From NCBI RefSeq assembly GCF_006345805.1, contig NC_042997.1:169880001-169944000 (forward strand): 64,000 nt of DNA, read 5' to 3'. Numbering within the stretch: the stretch's first letter is position 1; every line of letters begins with the position of its first letter. Shown piece by piece: positions 37,292 to 51,268 of this stretch. The position numbers were made by a program, and so were the translations under genes. This DNA is from Octopus sinensis. Taxonomy: Eukaryota. The notes under the pieces were generated by a model, which saw only the letters and a program-made list of their open reading frames with translations, was not told the DNA's origin and did no database searches.

Positions 37292-37814
37292 TGTGAGGTG
37301 TATATATGTGTGTTTGTTTGTTTGGTTGAGTAAGTTTTCATTTCCATTATTTACACATTCGATCCTTTGTTGACTGTAAATAATGGGTCTGCTGATGGTG
37401 TAATCCACCACAAAAGCATGTCCGGGCTTCATAACAGGTGTTGCCATGTATTCCTGTTTGTATAGCGTCACTTATTTCAGGTTCTCAGTACAAACATGTC
37501 CAAGTTGTTTGTTGTTCAGTAGACTGGGGGAGTATTACCTTTCTTGGAAGTAAATGGGGGCGGGGGTGGCAACAGGAAGAGCATCCATCTGTAGAAAATT
37601 CTGTTCCAACATACTCTTGTCTGACCTATGCAACAACGAAAATGTTGACATTAAAATGGATGATAGTGATGATGTTGACGTGTGCATGAACATATATATA
37701 TTTACACACACACACACACAAAAAATTCACAAGTTGTTTTTAAAGAGAATGAGAAATCTATATAAAGCAGAATATATGTAATAACTTTTTATTACCTGAG
37801 TACGCTACAAGGAT

Positions 37815-38153
37815 CTGAGATCTCCTTCGGTCATGACACTGACCATGGGATTGCACCTAGAAAGTTACCCTCCCAGGCACAAGTCCGGGCAAGGTTGTTT
37901 ATGGAAGACCAGCAGTCGCCCATGCATGCCAGCCTCCCCTCTTCACGCCACCAGTGTTATCCAAGAGAAAGGCAAACACCGATACAGTTTGGCACCTGTG
38001 ACGTTGCAACTTATTTCTACAGCTGAGTGAACTGGAGCAATGTGAAATAAAGTGTCTTGCTCAAGAACACAACACGCAGCCCGGTCCGGGATTCGAACTC
38101 ACAACCTCATGATCGTAAGCTCAACACTCTAACCACTGAGCCATGCACCTTCA
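37815..38153 (-). mobile_element. tRNA-derived SINE with a target-site duplication
   Basis: TSD ctacaaggat at 37805-37814 and 38154-38163. Head (reverse complement): gtgaaggtgcatggctcagtggttagagtg...gagttcgaatccc. Core gttgtgttcttgagcaagacact. Confidence 0.85.
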
Positions 38154-38783
38154 CTACAAGGATATATTAATAATATTAATGATGAACTCTCTGTCAAAGA
38201 CAATGTATGAGTGTTCAGCTTTTGCTGAACAACCTGCAAAAATGATTTGTTTATAGGGATCAAAAGTATGTGTTTGTACTTAAGCTCATTCTCTCCATCA
38301 AATCAACATTGCCTGGACAGGTGCACAGTATACTATGCATCAAGTGCCAAAGTGATCACAGAGTATTTTGAGATGAAGTGTTTTGCTCAAGAACACAACA
38401 CACCACTCACCCATACACACACACATATATATGGTTCAAACATTTTTTTAAATTACAAAGACGAGGTAAAAAAAAAGAATGAATGTCTTGGTCACCGCAT
38501 GCTGAAATGTGCAGAAGAGGGAGAAATGGGTTTCGGATATGGTTGACAAGGGGATCAGCAGATGGTATCAGTGTATGGGAATGCATGTGCACAAACATGT
38601 ATCAGTGTATACAATCAGTTGGCATGTGTGTGTATGTGACTCTATCTGATGTGTGTGTGTGTATGAGGCTGTCAGATGTCTGTATGCATTATATATATAT
38701 AATGCACCAGTTCGCCAGTCCTCAGACAAATCGTCCAACCCATGGAAAGCAGACGTTAAACGATGATGATGATTGATGATATA

Positions 38784-38820
<37 letters not shown>

Positions 38821-38894
38821 TATATATATATAGATAGATATAGATATAGATATGTATATATATACATACATACATACATACATACATACATTAT

Positions 38895-39460
38895 TATTAT
38901 AGCTGCCCCCTCGTTATTGAGTATGGCCATTGCATGAAGCTTAACTGTTATTGGTGCTGTGATCGAATGTGATTTTTTAGCCCAGCTAAAGATCTACAAT
39001 GTCTTGTACAAAATTGGCAACTAAAACCTTTACTGGTAATAGTCGGCTGTAGTTGTAACTGGGCTTCATGTACCTTTGCATGTCGTTTAAGTCCTCCTGC
39101 CGAATTACACTCTCTTCCACATGCCCGACAGATATGATTAGTATGGTGTGTTACACCACCACCAGTGGCCAGGTTGTCACTCATCTGTCTTGTTTTATGA
39201 CTACCAAGATGACTCATGAGTCCAGCTTTACTGAGGCAGGGTCTTGCACAGATATTGCATGTCAGAATCAAAGGAAGACCCTTCCCTTCTGAAAGTGTAA
39301 CAGCGATGCCCTTCCTGATATCCCTCCTTACTTTCTCATGTGCAACTCGAGATTTCTCAAACGTGGCTGTCCCCTCATGCACAATCCTTCTCCACCTGCT
39401 ACGATCAATAGCTATGCCTTCCCATATGTCAGGAGAGATGCATGGTCGGGTCGTCGGTGA
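38895..39460 (-). mobile_element. RTE-clade LINE 3' end with an open C-terminal ORF (stop at 38948) and three C2H2 fingers
   Basis: DIWEGIAIDRSRWRRIVHEG (RTE WE..A.DR..WR motif), three CxxC...H..H fingers, a short 3' UTR and a (TAA)n tail. Confidence 0.85.
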
Positions 39461-39938
39461 CTAAACATACATACATACATACATACACACAAGCATATAT
39501 ACATACATACACACATGTATACATGTATGTATATGGCAGGCTTCTTTCAGTTTCCAGCTACCAAATCCACTCATAAGGTGTTAGTGTGGGGCTATAGTTG
39601 AAGTCACTTGTCTAAGGTGCTGCAGAATGGGACTGAACCCAAGACCACAAGCAATCTCCTTAATCACACAACCCCACCCATATATACATCCATCCATCCA
39701 TCCACACACACACATACATACATACATACATATATATATATATGACACTAATAGTAACACATAAATACATATATTGTGTTTATTAAATATTTATCTCTCA
39801 CCAGGTGGAGTGCTTTTTTTTTTGTTGATCTTACCATCATGGTACACTGTGTGTGTGTGTGCATATATAAAATTTTGTGATAATAAACTTCTTCATTATG
39901 AAGAAATTAAATTAAGATGGTTTCATTCTCTTTTAAAG

Positions 39939-40059
39939 GTTCTCATTGCTACCAGTACACTGGCTTGGGGCGTCAATTTCCCAGCTCATTTAGTTATCAT
40001 TAAAGGAACAGAATATTATGATGGTAAAACCAGACGTTATGTGGATTTTCCAATTACAG
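39939..40059 (+). CDS. ASCC3: ASCC3 internal exon (helicase motif V), phase 0-1
   Basis: Acceptor ttctcttttaaAG, donor GTattt. Encodes [40 protein letters not shown] plus 1 nt and continues the previous exon in frame. Confidence 0.97.
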
Positions 40060-40527
40060 GTATTTTCGCTATGCTTAATATTTTAATATCTATTTATAAT
40101 TACATCCATATGTTGAGTTAATTGGAAAAAATTAATTCCTTTTCATTTTTTTTTTAAATGTTGTTAATCATTTGTTTTGTTTATCCTTTCTTGTGTGAGT
40201 AATAACAGTGACATCAGGAAGTAAAATTACATATGTAAATATGTTACCTTTTCTTTTTAAATTCTTTGAATTTCTCATGAAAAAGAAAGAACTTGTTTGT
40301 AATAAAAACAGCAAAGCTTCATTCTAACAAAGTTTTATGGCAGTGATTTAGGTCACACCAACAATAGTAATAACCGGCATGTTGGATTTGGGAAAAGTTT
40401 GGCATAAATTCACAGTTCTGTTTATAGCCTAATTGTCAGAACGCATGTTAATTGGGCATCTTCAATTAAACTCCCTGCTTTCAATTAAACTCCCTGCTTT
40501 TCAAGATTACTATCTTTTACCTCTAGA

Positions 40528-41146
40528 GTTTACTTGTTTTAGTCATTGGACTGTGGCCATGCTGGGACACTGCCTTGAAGGGTTTAGTTGAATATTTTGA
40601 TCCCAGTACTTAATTTTAAATCTGATATTCATTCTGTCAGTACCTTTTGCTGAACTACAAAGTTACAGGAACATAAATAAACCAACAGTGGACAAACATA
40701 AACACAAAGACAGGCAAACAAGCACACACACACATACACACATGCACAACAGGCTTCCACACAACTTCTGTTTACCAAATTCACTAACAAGGCTTTGGTC
40801 AGCCCAAGGCTATAGTAGAAGACACCGGGACTAATCCAGAAACTATGTGGATACTAACTAAGCTTCTTAACCATACATGTTTCTTTACTACCCACAAGGG
40901 GCTAAACACAAAGGAGACAAACAAGAACAGACAAATGGATTAAGTCAATTACATCGACCCCAGTGCTTAACTGGTACTTATTTTATCGACCCCGAAAGGA
41001 TGAAAGGCAAAGTCAACCTCGGCGGAATTTGAACTCAGAATGTAACGGCAGACGAAATATGGCTACACATTTCGCCCTACGTGCTAACGGTTCTGCCAGC
41101 TCGCCACCTTTTAAGCTTCTTAACCAGACAGCAATGCCTGCACCTA
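40528..41146 (-). mobile_element. Old family A SINE with a young family B SINE (~40879-41110) nested near its head
   Basis: TSD-like taagcttcttaacca(t/g)aca at 40859-40877 and 41112-41130. The inner element retains CpGs. Confidence 0.8.
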
Positions 41147-41601
41147 CAATTAGTGATATAACCAAATGTATCAATGATTAGAGACACAAATGTGAATTTA
41201 CAATCTGGGTAGAGTTGCTGTAGGTTTCAAAGCAGTTGTCTAAAGATTCGCTTTCATACTGATATTGGAAGTAATATTCACATCTGCTTGAGCAGCTGAC
41301 TCCTATAACAATACATAATCTTTCTTTTCTACTCAAACAACAGTATCACAGCCTGCTGTATTTGCATTTGGCAACAGTTACGATAGGAATATTTAACCAA
41401 TATTGCTTATGTGGAAATGTGAATGTACTGAACATTAGAAATATTTTCTATATTTTTTTCCCCCAAGCACTCTGTACATTGTTTCAGCATTGGTGACACT
41501 GTATAGTTTAGCAACATCATACCACAGAAAAAAGTAGTAACCTCCACACACACACCAGATGGAGCACTTTTTTTTTTATCTTATCATCATAGAATAGTAC
41601 A

Positions 41602-41633
<32 letters not shown>

Positions 41634-42025
41634 GTGCACATACACACATACTATAAAATGGCTTTTGATTATAGCTTGACATTTTTATGAAAGAATGGAA
41701 TGCTCCCTGCTCCAACCATTAATCATATTAAAACCTGCTATAAATTCTACCACACGATGCCAACCATGCAAAACACTTCTCAGAAGCAGATCATTTAGAT
41801 GATGAAAGCTCTTGTTCAATGAGCATTCATCTCTATTATGAGTCTGTGACATTTTCGGTGCCATCTGTTTGGCATCGCTGACTCAGTGGTGACTTATTTG
41901 ACATTAGACATATTGATGTTTTTCTCATTGTCTCTGTCTCTCTCCCTCTCGAAATGTGTGAGCATATTTCTCCCTGTGTGTATGCAGAGAGGGAAAGTGT
42001 TTATGTCAATCATAATAAACTGTAA

Positions 42026-42085
<60 letters not shown>

Positions 42086-42086
42086 A

Positions 42087-42149
<63 letters not shown>

Positions 42150-42639
42150 CTCTGTATGCATATATTTCTGCATGAACATATGTATTTACTTCCAGTGATA
42201 AAACATAATGCATCCTTCTCAAACCTTACAAACTCCTAAGGCCCAGTTTCCTGATTTCTGTAGCATGTATATAGTTACCCACTGAACAGGACACTGGTCT
42301 ATCACAGGATTTCACAATTTTGCCAGCTGAGTGGACTGGATCAATGTGAAATGAAGTGTTCCGCTTAGGGACACAACTCAATGCAATGCATGGCTCGGTC
42401 AAGCAATTGAAACCACAATCTTACAATCATGAGTCCAGCACCCTAATCACTAGGCCACACACCTCCACAATGTCAAGACATATTGTCACCAAGACAGTTT
42501 GAATATCCAATCAGACATTACAAATCATCATTATCCAAACAGCCACATCCAGTTGTCACATTCACCTCCAATGCTCCCTTATCAACATGCCTCAATACCT
42601 CTGACATTTTTCTTTACTTTTCATGATACTTGTTCAAAT

Positions 42640-44155
42640 AATAACGACGATGTCATAAAGTTTTTCATTGGTATGTTCATTAAGGATATCATTAAGTAGT
42701 TCAATGGTTTATTCATTAACATTATCATAAAGTAGATCGATTGATTATTTATTCATAATGTTATTGAATACATCGTTAGTTTATTTGTTAATGATGTCAT
42801 AAAATGTCATTGATATATTTTGTTAATGATGTCAACAGAAATCACCGTTTTTTTTGCCGTTTTTCATTAACAAATCATAAAATAGATAATCTGTGGCAAA
42901 TTGGTACAGTCGTTATAGTGTTGGGTAGAATGCTTCATGTTACTGTTGCATCACTGCTCTGAGTTCAAATCTTGCTGAAGTTAACTTTACCTTTCATCTT
43001 TTTGGTATTGATTTAAATAAAAAAAAAAGATGGGGAGCAATTCATGTAGTAGGTTAACAGTACTGTGAGAATGTTAGGCCAAATGCCTTGTGGTATTTAT
43101 CCCAGCTGTTTTTGCATTATGAGTTCAAATCCTGCCATGGTCTACCTGGGTGGTAGACTTAATCTATCAACTTGTTGAACACCATCACCTGGCATTTTAG
43201 GTGCTTTTAGTGGAGTTTACTCAGCTGCATGCATTCGAGCACTAACCTTGGAAGCCCTGCAAAGAATCGTGGGCACTACCTTTTCCCCTGACTAAAAAAT
43301 TCAATAATTTTTATCATGAAATAAATCAGTGTTGTATATCTTTAATGATATCAAGTATGTCTTTAGTTTATTCATTAATATCATTAATATAGTAGTTTAT
43401 TACTTTTATGATGTCATAAAACACATCATTGTTTTATTCATTTTATGATCTCATTTGTTTATTCATGAATATCATAAAATAATAATTTGTGTACTTATGA
43501 CGTCATACTGTACATTTTGGCTTATTCATTAGTGATATCACAAAGTAGATCATTTGCTTATTCATTAAGAACGTCACAAAATATGTCGTTGATTATTCAT
43601 TAATTTTGTTAACTATATTGTTAGTTTATTCATTAAAAATATCAGAAAATATATCTTCAGTTTATTTCTTTAATGATATAAAATACATCGTTGCTGTTTA
43701 TTCCTTCAGCGATATCATTAACTAGATAACTTGTATGTTCGTTAATGATGTTGTAAATTACATCATTAGATTATTCATCAATGATGTCATGAAATAACAT
43801 TATTAGTTTGCTCATCAACAGAGTCATGAAGTACATCACTGCTTCATTTATTTCTTCATAATGTTGATCATTAGTTTGCTTCTTCAGTAATGTCATAAAG
43901 TAGATTATTTACATGTTCATTACCAGTGTCTTACAATACATTATTGGTTTATGTCTTTAATGATGTCATAAAAACACATCGTTGGTATATTCATTTCTTC
44001 ATTTGTATATATTCATTAATAATACCATGGAATATATGTTATGGTTTGTTCATTAACAATGCTGTTAGGTTCGTTATTGGATTATTCTCTAATGTTGTCA
44101 TAAAATACAGCATTGGTTTATTCATTAATACTGTCAAGAAAGTACCTCATTAGTT
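42640..44155. repeat. Degenerate ~36-38 bp minisatellite interrupted by SINE remnants (~42890-43290)
   Basis: Recurring unit resembling tttattcattaatgatgtcataaa(g/a)tacatcattgg, more than 20 diverged units by eye. Confidence 0.8.
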
Positions 44156-46572
44156 GATTCAAATATTTTGCAACTAATATCTACTCTGTGTTCTCTGTTC
44201 AGTCTATTTTTCCAATTCAACTTGTATATCTAATGTGCCAGCACATTTAATGAAGTGAGCTTCCAAAATCTATTTAATCTTTCTAATATTTAGTCTGACT
44301 CTATATTCAGTTAATTTCTCACCATTCTCTTCAGGTCCCCATTACTTATATTTCTTTGTCATGTAGCATATTACTTTTGATAGGGAGCATGTCTTTGTTT
44401 GTCATGAACAAAGTTTCTTCAACTTGACACACCAACTTCCCACCTTCGATGGATATTAAGCTATCATTGGTTTTATTGAATTCATTACCAAACTCATTAT
44501 TCTTAGCAGTTTCTTATACATCAATCTTTTATTGCCATTTATATGCTACTACTACATTTCCAGTTAAACAGCCAAACTAGTGCTACCTCTACTTACCATA
44601 TAACAATTCTGAACTACTCTTTCTGAAACTATAGCAACTTTCCTTAATAGCATTTCTTTAAGCTCTAGATGGTGATAGTTGCAGCTATCAACATAGTTGA
44701 ACCCGACAGCAGAAAATGTGAAGGTGGTTTATGTCACCAGTGTTGCAATGTGCTCCTTCAAGCTACATCACTTTGGCCATAAATATTATTGTTATTGTTT
44801 CACCTGATCAGCCCCATTTATGCAGACTTTTTATCAGGGGCATTCTAGTTGTGACCATCTCTCTTTTGTTGTTTTTTTTTTTTTACTTTTTTTGGTGTAG
44901 CATGCATCCAGGATCATATTATCTAATATACCCTTCCTCTTTTAGTTGATAAGACATGATATGAAAAAGACTTGGTTGTTATTTCTAGCAGCCTAACAAA
45001 GATGCCCTAGTTAGCTCAAACATATAAATGGTATAGATCTGATGATGGGATACAGTCGATTGGGACATACACATCACTGTTGTAATCAGTAAGGTTACTG
45101 GATAAGATATATTCTGTTAGCTTAGAGTATTAAATTCATCACTTTAAACTTTCTCTAGACTGATAACATTATCTATAAAGTAAGATATTTTTCAATTGCT
45201 TAATCCTATAAAAAGCTATCATATTCAATCAAAATCTCTTATCAACATCACCAGATGTACCCCTTCCACATCAGTACCCCCAATTCTACCTACAAAGTAG
45301 GAAGTCAGAAGAGTATTGCATACCTTCCCTCCTCTTTATAAAAGATATTTGAAGATTTGTTAATGCTTTTTCCCTTCTGAGAAGTAAATTTAAAATCCAT
45401 TTTTATCTGTAGCTTCCATTGCCCACTTTCTATCAATATATTTTATTACCACCATGTTAGCAATTAATTTCAAATTTTCTGCTCTATACATTAACATAAT
45501 ATTGTGACAATTAAATGTAAGGCACTTATTTTATAAACTTATGTTATGTAATGTTCAACACGCCTTGTTTCACTGTTAGTGCTATGTTACTAGTGCTTGG
45601 TTATCTACCAATAATTTCAACCCCTCCCCACCTCTCTCTGCTATGAACATATCTTCTATCCTTTCAAACTCTTTTGAATGTAGCTATTCATATTTTACTA
45701 AACTATCTTCAAATCATTCTTTGCATATGAGAATAATTTTATTCTATTTTGATACAAAGTATTATCTCTAATTTTCTAACAGAAATGAAATTTTGTTTAC
45801 ACAAAATCAAATTATTATATTAAAAAAAAAAAAAATATATTAAATTTCGATATATGATGAAGTTCCTTATTCAATAATATAAAGGAAGATATGGCTATGA
45901 TAACATCAGCACATGTACAATGGTTTGTTCCATGGTTTTCAGCTTTTATTTTTTCCTGCATTAGCTCCTTTGCAGAGTAAAGCCTACAGCAGTATAACAA
46001 GAGATGAGGTGATAAGATATGTAGGCTTATTCAGAAAACAAATATTTTTAATAACAGCTACTGATTTATACTTTGCTAGATTTCTTTTGATAATTTTTTT
46101 GTGTGGTTGGTTAGTATAGAAAGTTAAATTTGCATCAATATATCACTGGTACTTATTTTTAAAAAAACCTGAAGGGATGAAAGACAAAGTTGACTGTCAG
46201 AATAGTTTGGCATGTAGTCCAGTGTTTTGTTACCTTGTCAATTTTAACTGGTCTCTTATCATAGTTTTAAACTGATTTGAACACAGGCATAGCTGTGTGC
46301 TTAAAAAGTTACCTTTGTTACCATTTGGTTTCAAGTTTGATTCCACTGTGTGGCACCATGGGCAAGTGTTAGCTACCATAATGTCAGTGAAATTTACTAG
46401 GCTGAAATTGTATGGAAGCTCACCATACATTTATGATTATCAGTGCTTCAAGCAAAAATACTTCATAATTTTGTCTTCTGAGTTATGTTTCATAGTCCTT
46501 TTTTTAGTCCTTTCATCCATAGATGGACCTAGCTATTCAATAAATAAAGATTGTATGTGTACCGGATGCACT

Positions 46573-46892
46573 CATCATCATCATCATCATCATCATCGTT
46601 TAACATCCGCTTTCCATGCTAGCATGGGTTGGACGGTTCAACTGGGGTCTTGAAAGCCCGAAGGCTGCACCAGGCCCAGTCAGATTTGGCAGTGTCTCTA
46701 CAGCTGGATGCCCTTCCTAACGCCAACCACTCTGTGAGTGTAGTGGGTGCTTTTTATGTGCCACCGACACAGGTGCCAGACGAAGCTGGCGAACGGCCAC
46801 GCTCGGATGGTGCTTTTTACATGCCACCAGCACAGAGGCCAGGCGAGGCTGGCAACGGCCACGATCAGATGGTGTTTGTTACGTGCCACTGG
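46573..46892 (-). mobile_element. Family C SINE-like repeat
   Basis: (cat)n tail plus the internal ttttacgtgccacc... tandem units. Confidence 0.85.
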
Positions 46893-46965
46893 GATGAATA
46901 AAATGAATTGGCTACAATCTAGTGACTGAAACTAGTTAAAAATTTGATTTTTTTTTTTTTTAGGT

Positions 46966-47202
46966 TTAATCCTTTACCTGCCCAAAGCATTTTCATGAGT
47001 TTGTCCTAATTGTCAATGCTTGTTTTCAGACTTTTAGTTAACCCTTGTTTTCATATATTCTGAATTATACAAAACTTTCCTTTCGTAAGTCCCCAAGTTA
47101 CACTAGTGGCTGAGAAAAAATTGGGAATGTGTATCATTTATGATGCATGAACACCAGAGAAATATGTCCTGTGTTTGATACCCAGGACAGGCAGAGGGTT
47201 AA
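46966..47202. mobile_element. TTAA-flanked MITE (piggyBac-like)
   Basis: TTAA-tcctttacctgccc ... ggacaggcagaggg-TTAA, imperfect TIRs. Confidence 0.6.
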
Positions 47203-48114
47203 GAAGAGAAATACAGATGATTGTTTCAATAAACACCAGTATGATTCAGCTACTATGTTTTATCAATGTCTGAAAGAGATTCTCAGAACAGTGAGGTAAT
47301 GAACTAGATACATTAAAGCATTCAGTCCAGCATTCTGTTGCCTCTCCCATCTTCATCATTTTCTTTTAATATTGATTTCTTTTGATGGGGCACAGAATCA
47401 AACGGAGAAAGATAACATAGATTAGATTGTTCCAAAGTTACATTACTTGTACTTTATTTTATCAACCCCAAAAGGAAGAAAGATACAGGTGACTCTAACA
47501 TGATTTGAACTCAGACACTAAATATATTGCCAAGCATTTAGTCTGGCTCAAGTGTTTCTGGCAACCTGCCAGCTTTAATAATTGCAATAATATTGAAAAC
47601 AAGATAGTGGGGCACTTCATAATTAATACAACTCTCAGTTTTTAAAAATATCTTAGAAGGAGTTATCTGTGTAACAGACCCTTAAAAAAATAGAAGCAAA
47701 AAACTAATAATCATTGGAGCAAAGTCAAAATTTAGAAATAAAATTGATGTTTGAAATGTGAAACTTTTGGCTGAAATCATGAAATTTTGTCATGTAAGGA
47801 AATTCTACTCTTGAACAAATGCTTTTATTATGAAAGAACCTAATTATCTTCCATAATGGAAACTAGTAACTGTTCTCTCTCTCTCTCTCAAAATGTAGAA
47901 TATGAATATCTGATATCATTAAATATTGATTGTAGCAGACAAAGATAATAATTTCTCTCATTTTTGAACAGGAGTTGAGAACTCCTCTGTGGACAAAATT
48001 TTAACTGCTATTGAATATGAAAACCATCCACTGTTAAAGTCTCTGGAAACCCAAATGAAAAAAAATGGTTTATCTTTTGAGACTAAAGATATAAATTTAA
48101 TGTAAGTGGTACAG

Positions 48115-48548
48115 GAGGTGGTGAGCTGGCAGAATTGTTAACACACCGAGTGAAATGCTTAGCAGTATTTTGTCTGCCACTACGTTCTGAGTTCAAATTC
48201 CGCCAAGGTCAACTTTGCCTTTCATCCTTTCAGGGTCGATTAAATAAGTACCAGTTACACACTGGGGTCGATATAATCGACTTAATCAGTTTGTCTGTCC
48301 TTGTTTGTCCCCTCTGTGTGTAGCCCCTTGTGGGCAGTGAAGAAATAAGAATTGTTAGCATGCCAGGTGAAATGCTTAGTGGCATTTTGTCTGTCTTCAA
48401 GTTCTGAGTTCAAATTCCACTGAGGTCAATTTTGCTTTTCATCCCTTCAGGGTCAATAAAATAAGTACCAGTTAAGTACTGGGTTCGATGTAATCGACTT
48501 AGCTCCTTCCCTGAAACTGCTGGCCTTATGCCAAAATTTGAACCAATA
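48115..48548 (+). mobile_element. Two head-to-tail family B (Nin-type) SINEs with different 3' tails
   Basis: The first ends in ...ccccttgtgggcagtgaagaaata and the second in ...gccaaaatttgaaccaat. Confidence 0.85.
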
Positions 48549-49679
48549 ACTATGAATTTGTAAAATTAAATATTCTTTACTTATCTCAGCACATATTCAC
48601 CCTTAGTACTATAGTTTCCTCTACTCTGGTCTAAAGCATTTTCTGTATTTTGAAAGTAAACTGGTAACAGAACATGCTAGAATGACAACAATATTTACCT
48701 ATCTTTTATCTTTCTCAGTCATTAGACTGAAAATAGTACTTAGTGTTTTTATTATTTTAAGCCTGGTACTTATTCTATTAGTGTCTTTTATTGAATCACT
48801 AAGTTACAAGGATGTAAGCAACCAATACCAGTTGGCAAGCAATTGGGGAAACAAATGCAGAGACATGCATATACATGCACACACACACACACACACACAC
48901 ACGATGAGCTTCAACACAGTTTCCTTTCTACCAAATTCACTCACAAGGCAGTGGTTTGGCCTAGGACTGTAGTAGATGTTTGCCTAAGATGTTATGCACT
49001 GGTATTGAACCTGAAACCATGTGGTTGCAAAACAAACTTCTTAACCATATAGCCGTGCCTGTACCTATATGCAAACTAATCTAACATTGCATACAATAAT
49101 TAGTTTTGGATACAAAATCCTACTATCAATGATATTCACTTTAATATTTATATGACTGCATTTTATGAAGTCCTTTTCCCTTCCTAGAATGTTGAAGTAA
49201 ATGGAAATTTCACAAAATCTTGAAAATTTCAAGAAAAATCATACTCTACTGATAAAAACTGATCTGAACTATTAACCTCATTTTAGTGTTCAATTTCACA
49301 GTATGCCTTGGTTGGTGTATTTTCCAATCATTTGAAATAACTTAATTTTTGGCCACAGCCTTTTGGGCTAAAATGTATAAAAGAATAAAAGAGTAAAAGA
49401 ATATATCTTCTCATAATAAAACTGAACAGTCCTACTTTTGTGCAATGAAATTGTAGTTAATAGCAACTGAGACTCTGTAATAAAGATTTTTATTTTCAAT
49501 CTCAGTTAGTTGGGTAATTATATATAAATGGAAATGTTTTGTATATAAAACAGTAATGATGAGGTTTTATGTGTCTTATTAATGTTACCCTCACCAGTAA
49601 CGACACATTTCAGAAATATAAACTTAATTTTTTTTTTATTACTTCTGTTTAATGACACAGGATGAATAGCTAGGTAAGA

Positions 49680-49894
49680 TAGTGTTTCTCAACCACTTTT
49701 TAGCTATGGACCCTTTTTTTCCTATTTTATGTGGGTGGACCCTCATAGCCATTCAATGTTTAAAGAAATCTTTTTATATTTTTATAATTAAATATTAGGA
49801 ACTTAAAAGAAATTAAGTTTCTTTGTGTATTGTAGAAGTATAACATAAATTTTAACGAATAAAGTCTTATATAGGCCCTTCTTGAGAACCACTG
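49680..49894. mobile_element. hAT-type MITE
   Basis: TIRs tagtgtttctcaa / ttgagaaccactg. No clear 8-bp TSD. Confidence 0.6.
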
Positions 49895-50312
49895 CTCAAA
49901 ACAGTGATTCTTCCACTTACAAAATGAACCTCTCTGCCTTATAAAAATTCTGTCACGAAATGACTGGCAGAAAAAGTTTAAAAAATAATAAAAGGCTTCA
50001 TTAAATATCTTGAATTATTTAGTTTAGTTTAGTTAGTCTTAGTTCAAATATCACTGGAGTCAGCTTAGCATTCTGTCCTTTTGAGAGTTTTGTTAAAAAT
50101 GAATACGTACTGGGATCAATTGAGTTAACTATAGGCCTCCTAATATCATCTAATGCACATTAATTCTTATTTCGAAGAAATGACATAAAGATCCTATTCT
50201 TAAAAAAATTCACTCAAGTTAGTTATTTGTGATCTGAAGAGCATAATTTGATTATGATTTGGTATCTGGATGCTTTATATAATATTGTTTTGTACTTTTT
50301 TTTTTATTGTAG

Positions 50313-50445
50313 ATGTTTTACAGATGATGGGCCGTGCTGGAAGACCTCAATTCGATGCTCAAGGTACTGCTGTGATATTGGTTCATGACATTAAGAAACA
50401 TTTTTACAAAAGGTTTTTGTATGAACCCTTTCCTGTTGAATCAAA
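50313..50445 (+). CDS. ASCC3: ASCC3 internal exon (helicase motif VI), phase 1-2
   Basis: Poly-T...tgtAG acceptor, GTAAGT donor. Encodes (D)[43 protein letters not shown] plus 2 nt. Found by manual translation; not in the ORF track. Confidence 0.97.
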
Positions 50446-51268
50446 GTAAGTAATTATACCTTATTATCAAACACCAAATAGTCTATTTTTCCCATCATCA
50501 TCATCATCAATTGTCCATTTTTCCATGTTTGCATGGGTCAGATGGAATTTGCTAAGGCAGATTTCCTATGGCCAGATGCCCTTCTTGTCACCAACACTCA
50601 CCTATTTCCCACCAAGGTAATATTTTCCTTTGGAAGACTGGAAATGAACAGCATTCTTGTATGATGAGGATTCTTATTTACAATCATAACATGATGTTAA
50701 AGCAAGGGTATGCACACACACACACACACATTTGACAGGCTTCTTTCAGTTTCCATCTATCAGTTCCACTTACAATGCTTGGAGTTACAGTTGAAAACAC
50801 TTGTCCAAATGGTCACTGCAATGGAACTGAGTGCAAGACCTCATGGTTTGAAAGCAAGTTTACTAACTACACAGGCATACCTGTGCCTATATAAATATAT
50901 TAAAACACATAAGTAGGTTAGAAAATTGGATGGGTGGATGGACAGCTGGGTGAACACAGAATCTCTTCAATAGCTATGTGACTAGCACACTTTTGGTCAG
51001 TTTTTCTCTTGGTTTCAGACATCTACAACTACTTTATTGACCCTGCAATAGAAAGTGTGTGGTATGACATATAGAATTTTATTTATTACAAATCTTATAT
51101 TCATCTCAGGTGTTCCAAATACTAAGGTAAAGAAGAGAAAGCTAATGACAGAGCCTTGGTGGACACCATCTGAACTTTAACATATTCACTGAATGTTTTG
51201 CCTATACTAATTTTAGTTGTTTCCTTACTTCCACACACAGCTTCTCACTAGTCAATTATATACATCTA

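Noticed and set aside
38948-39382. Host C2H2 zinc-finger gene
   Set aside because: The upstream RTE motif, 5' truncation, short 3' UTR with (TAA)n tail and absence of TGEKP linkers indicate a retrotransposon.
41799-41882. ATGATGA ... CTGA spacing resembling a box C/D snoRNA
   Set aside because: No terminal stem and no recognisable rRNA or snRNA antisense element.
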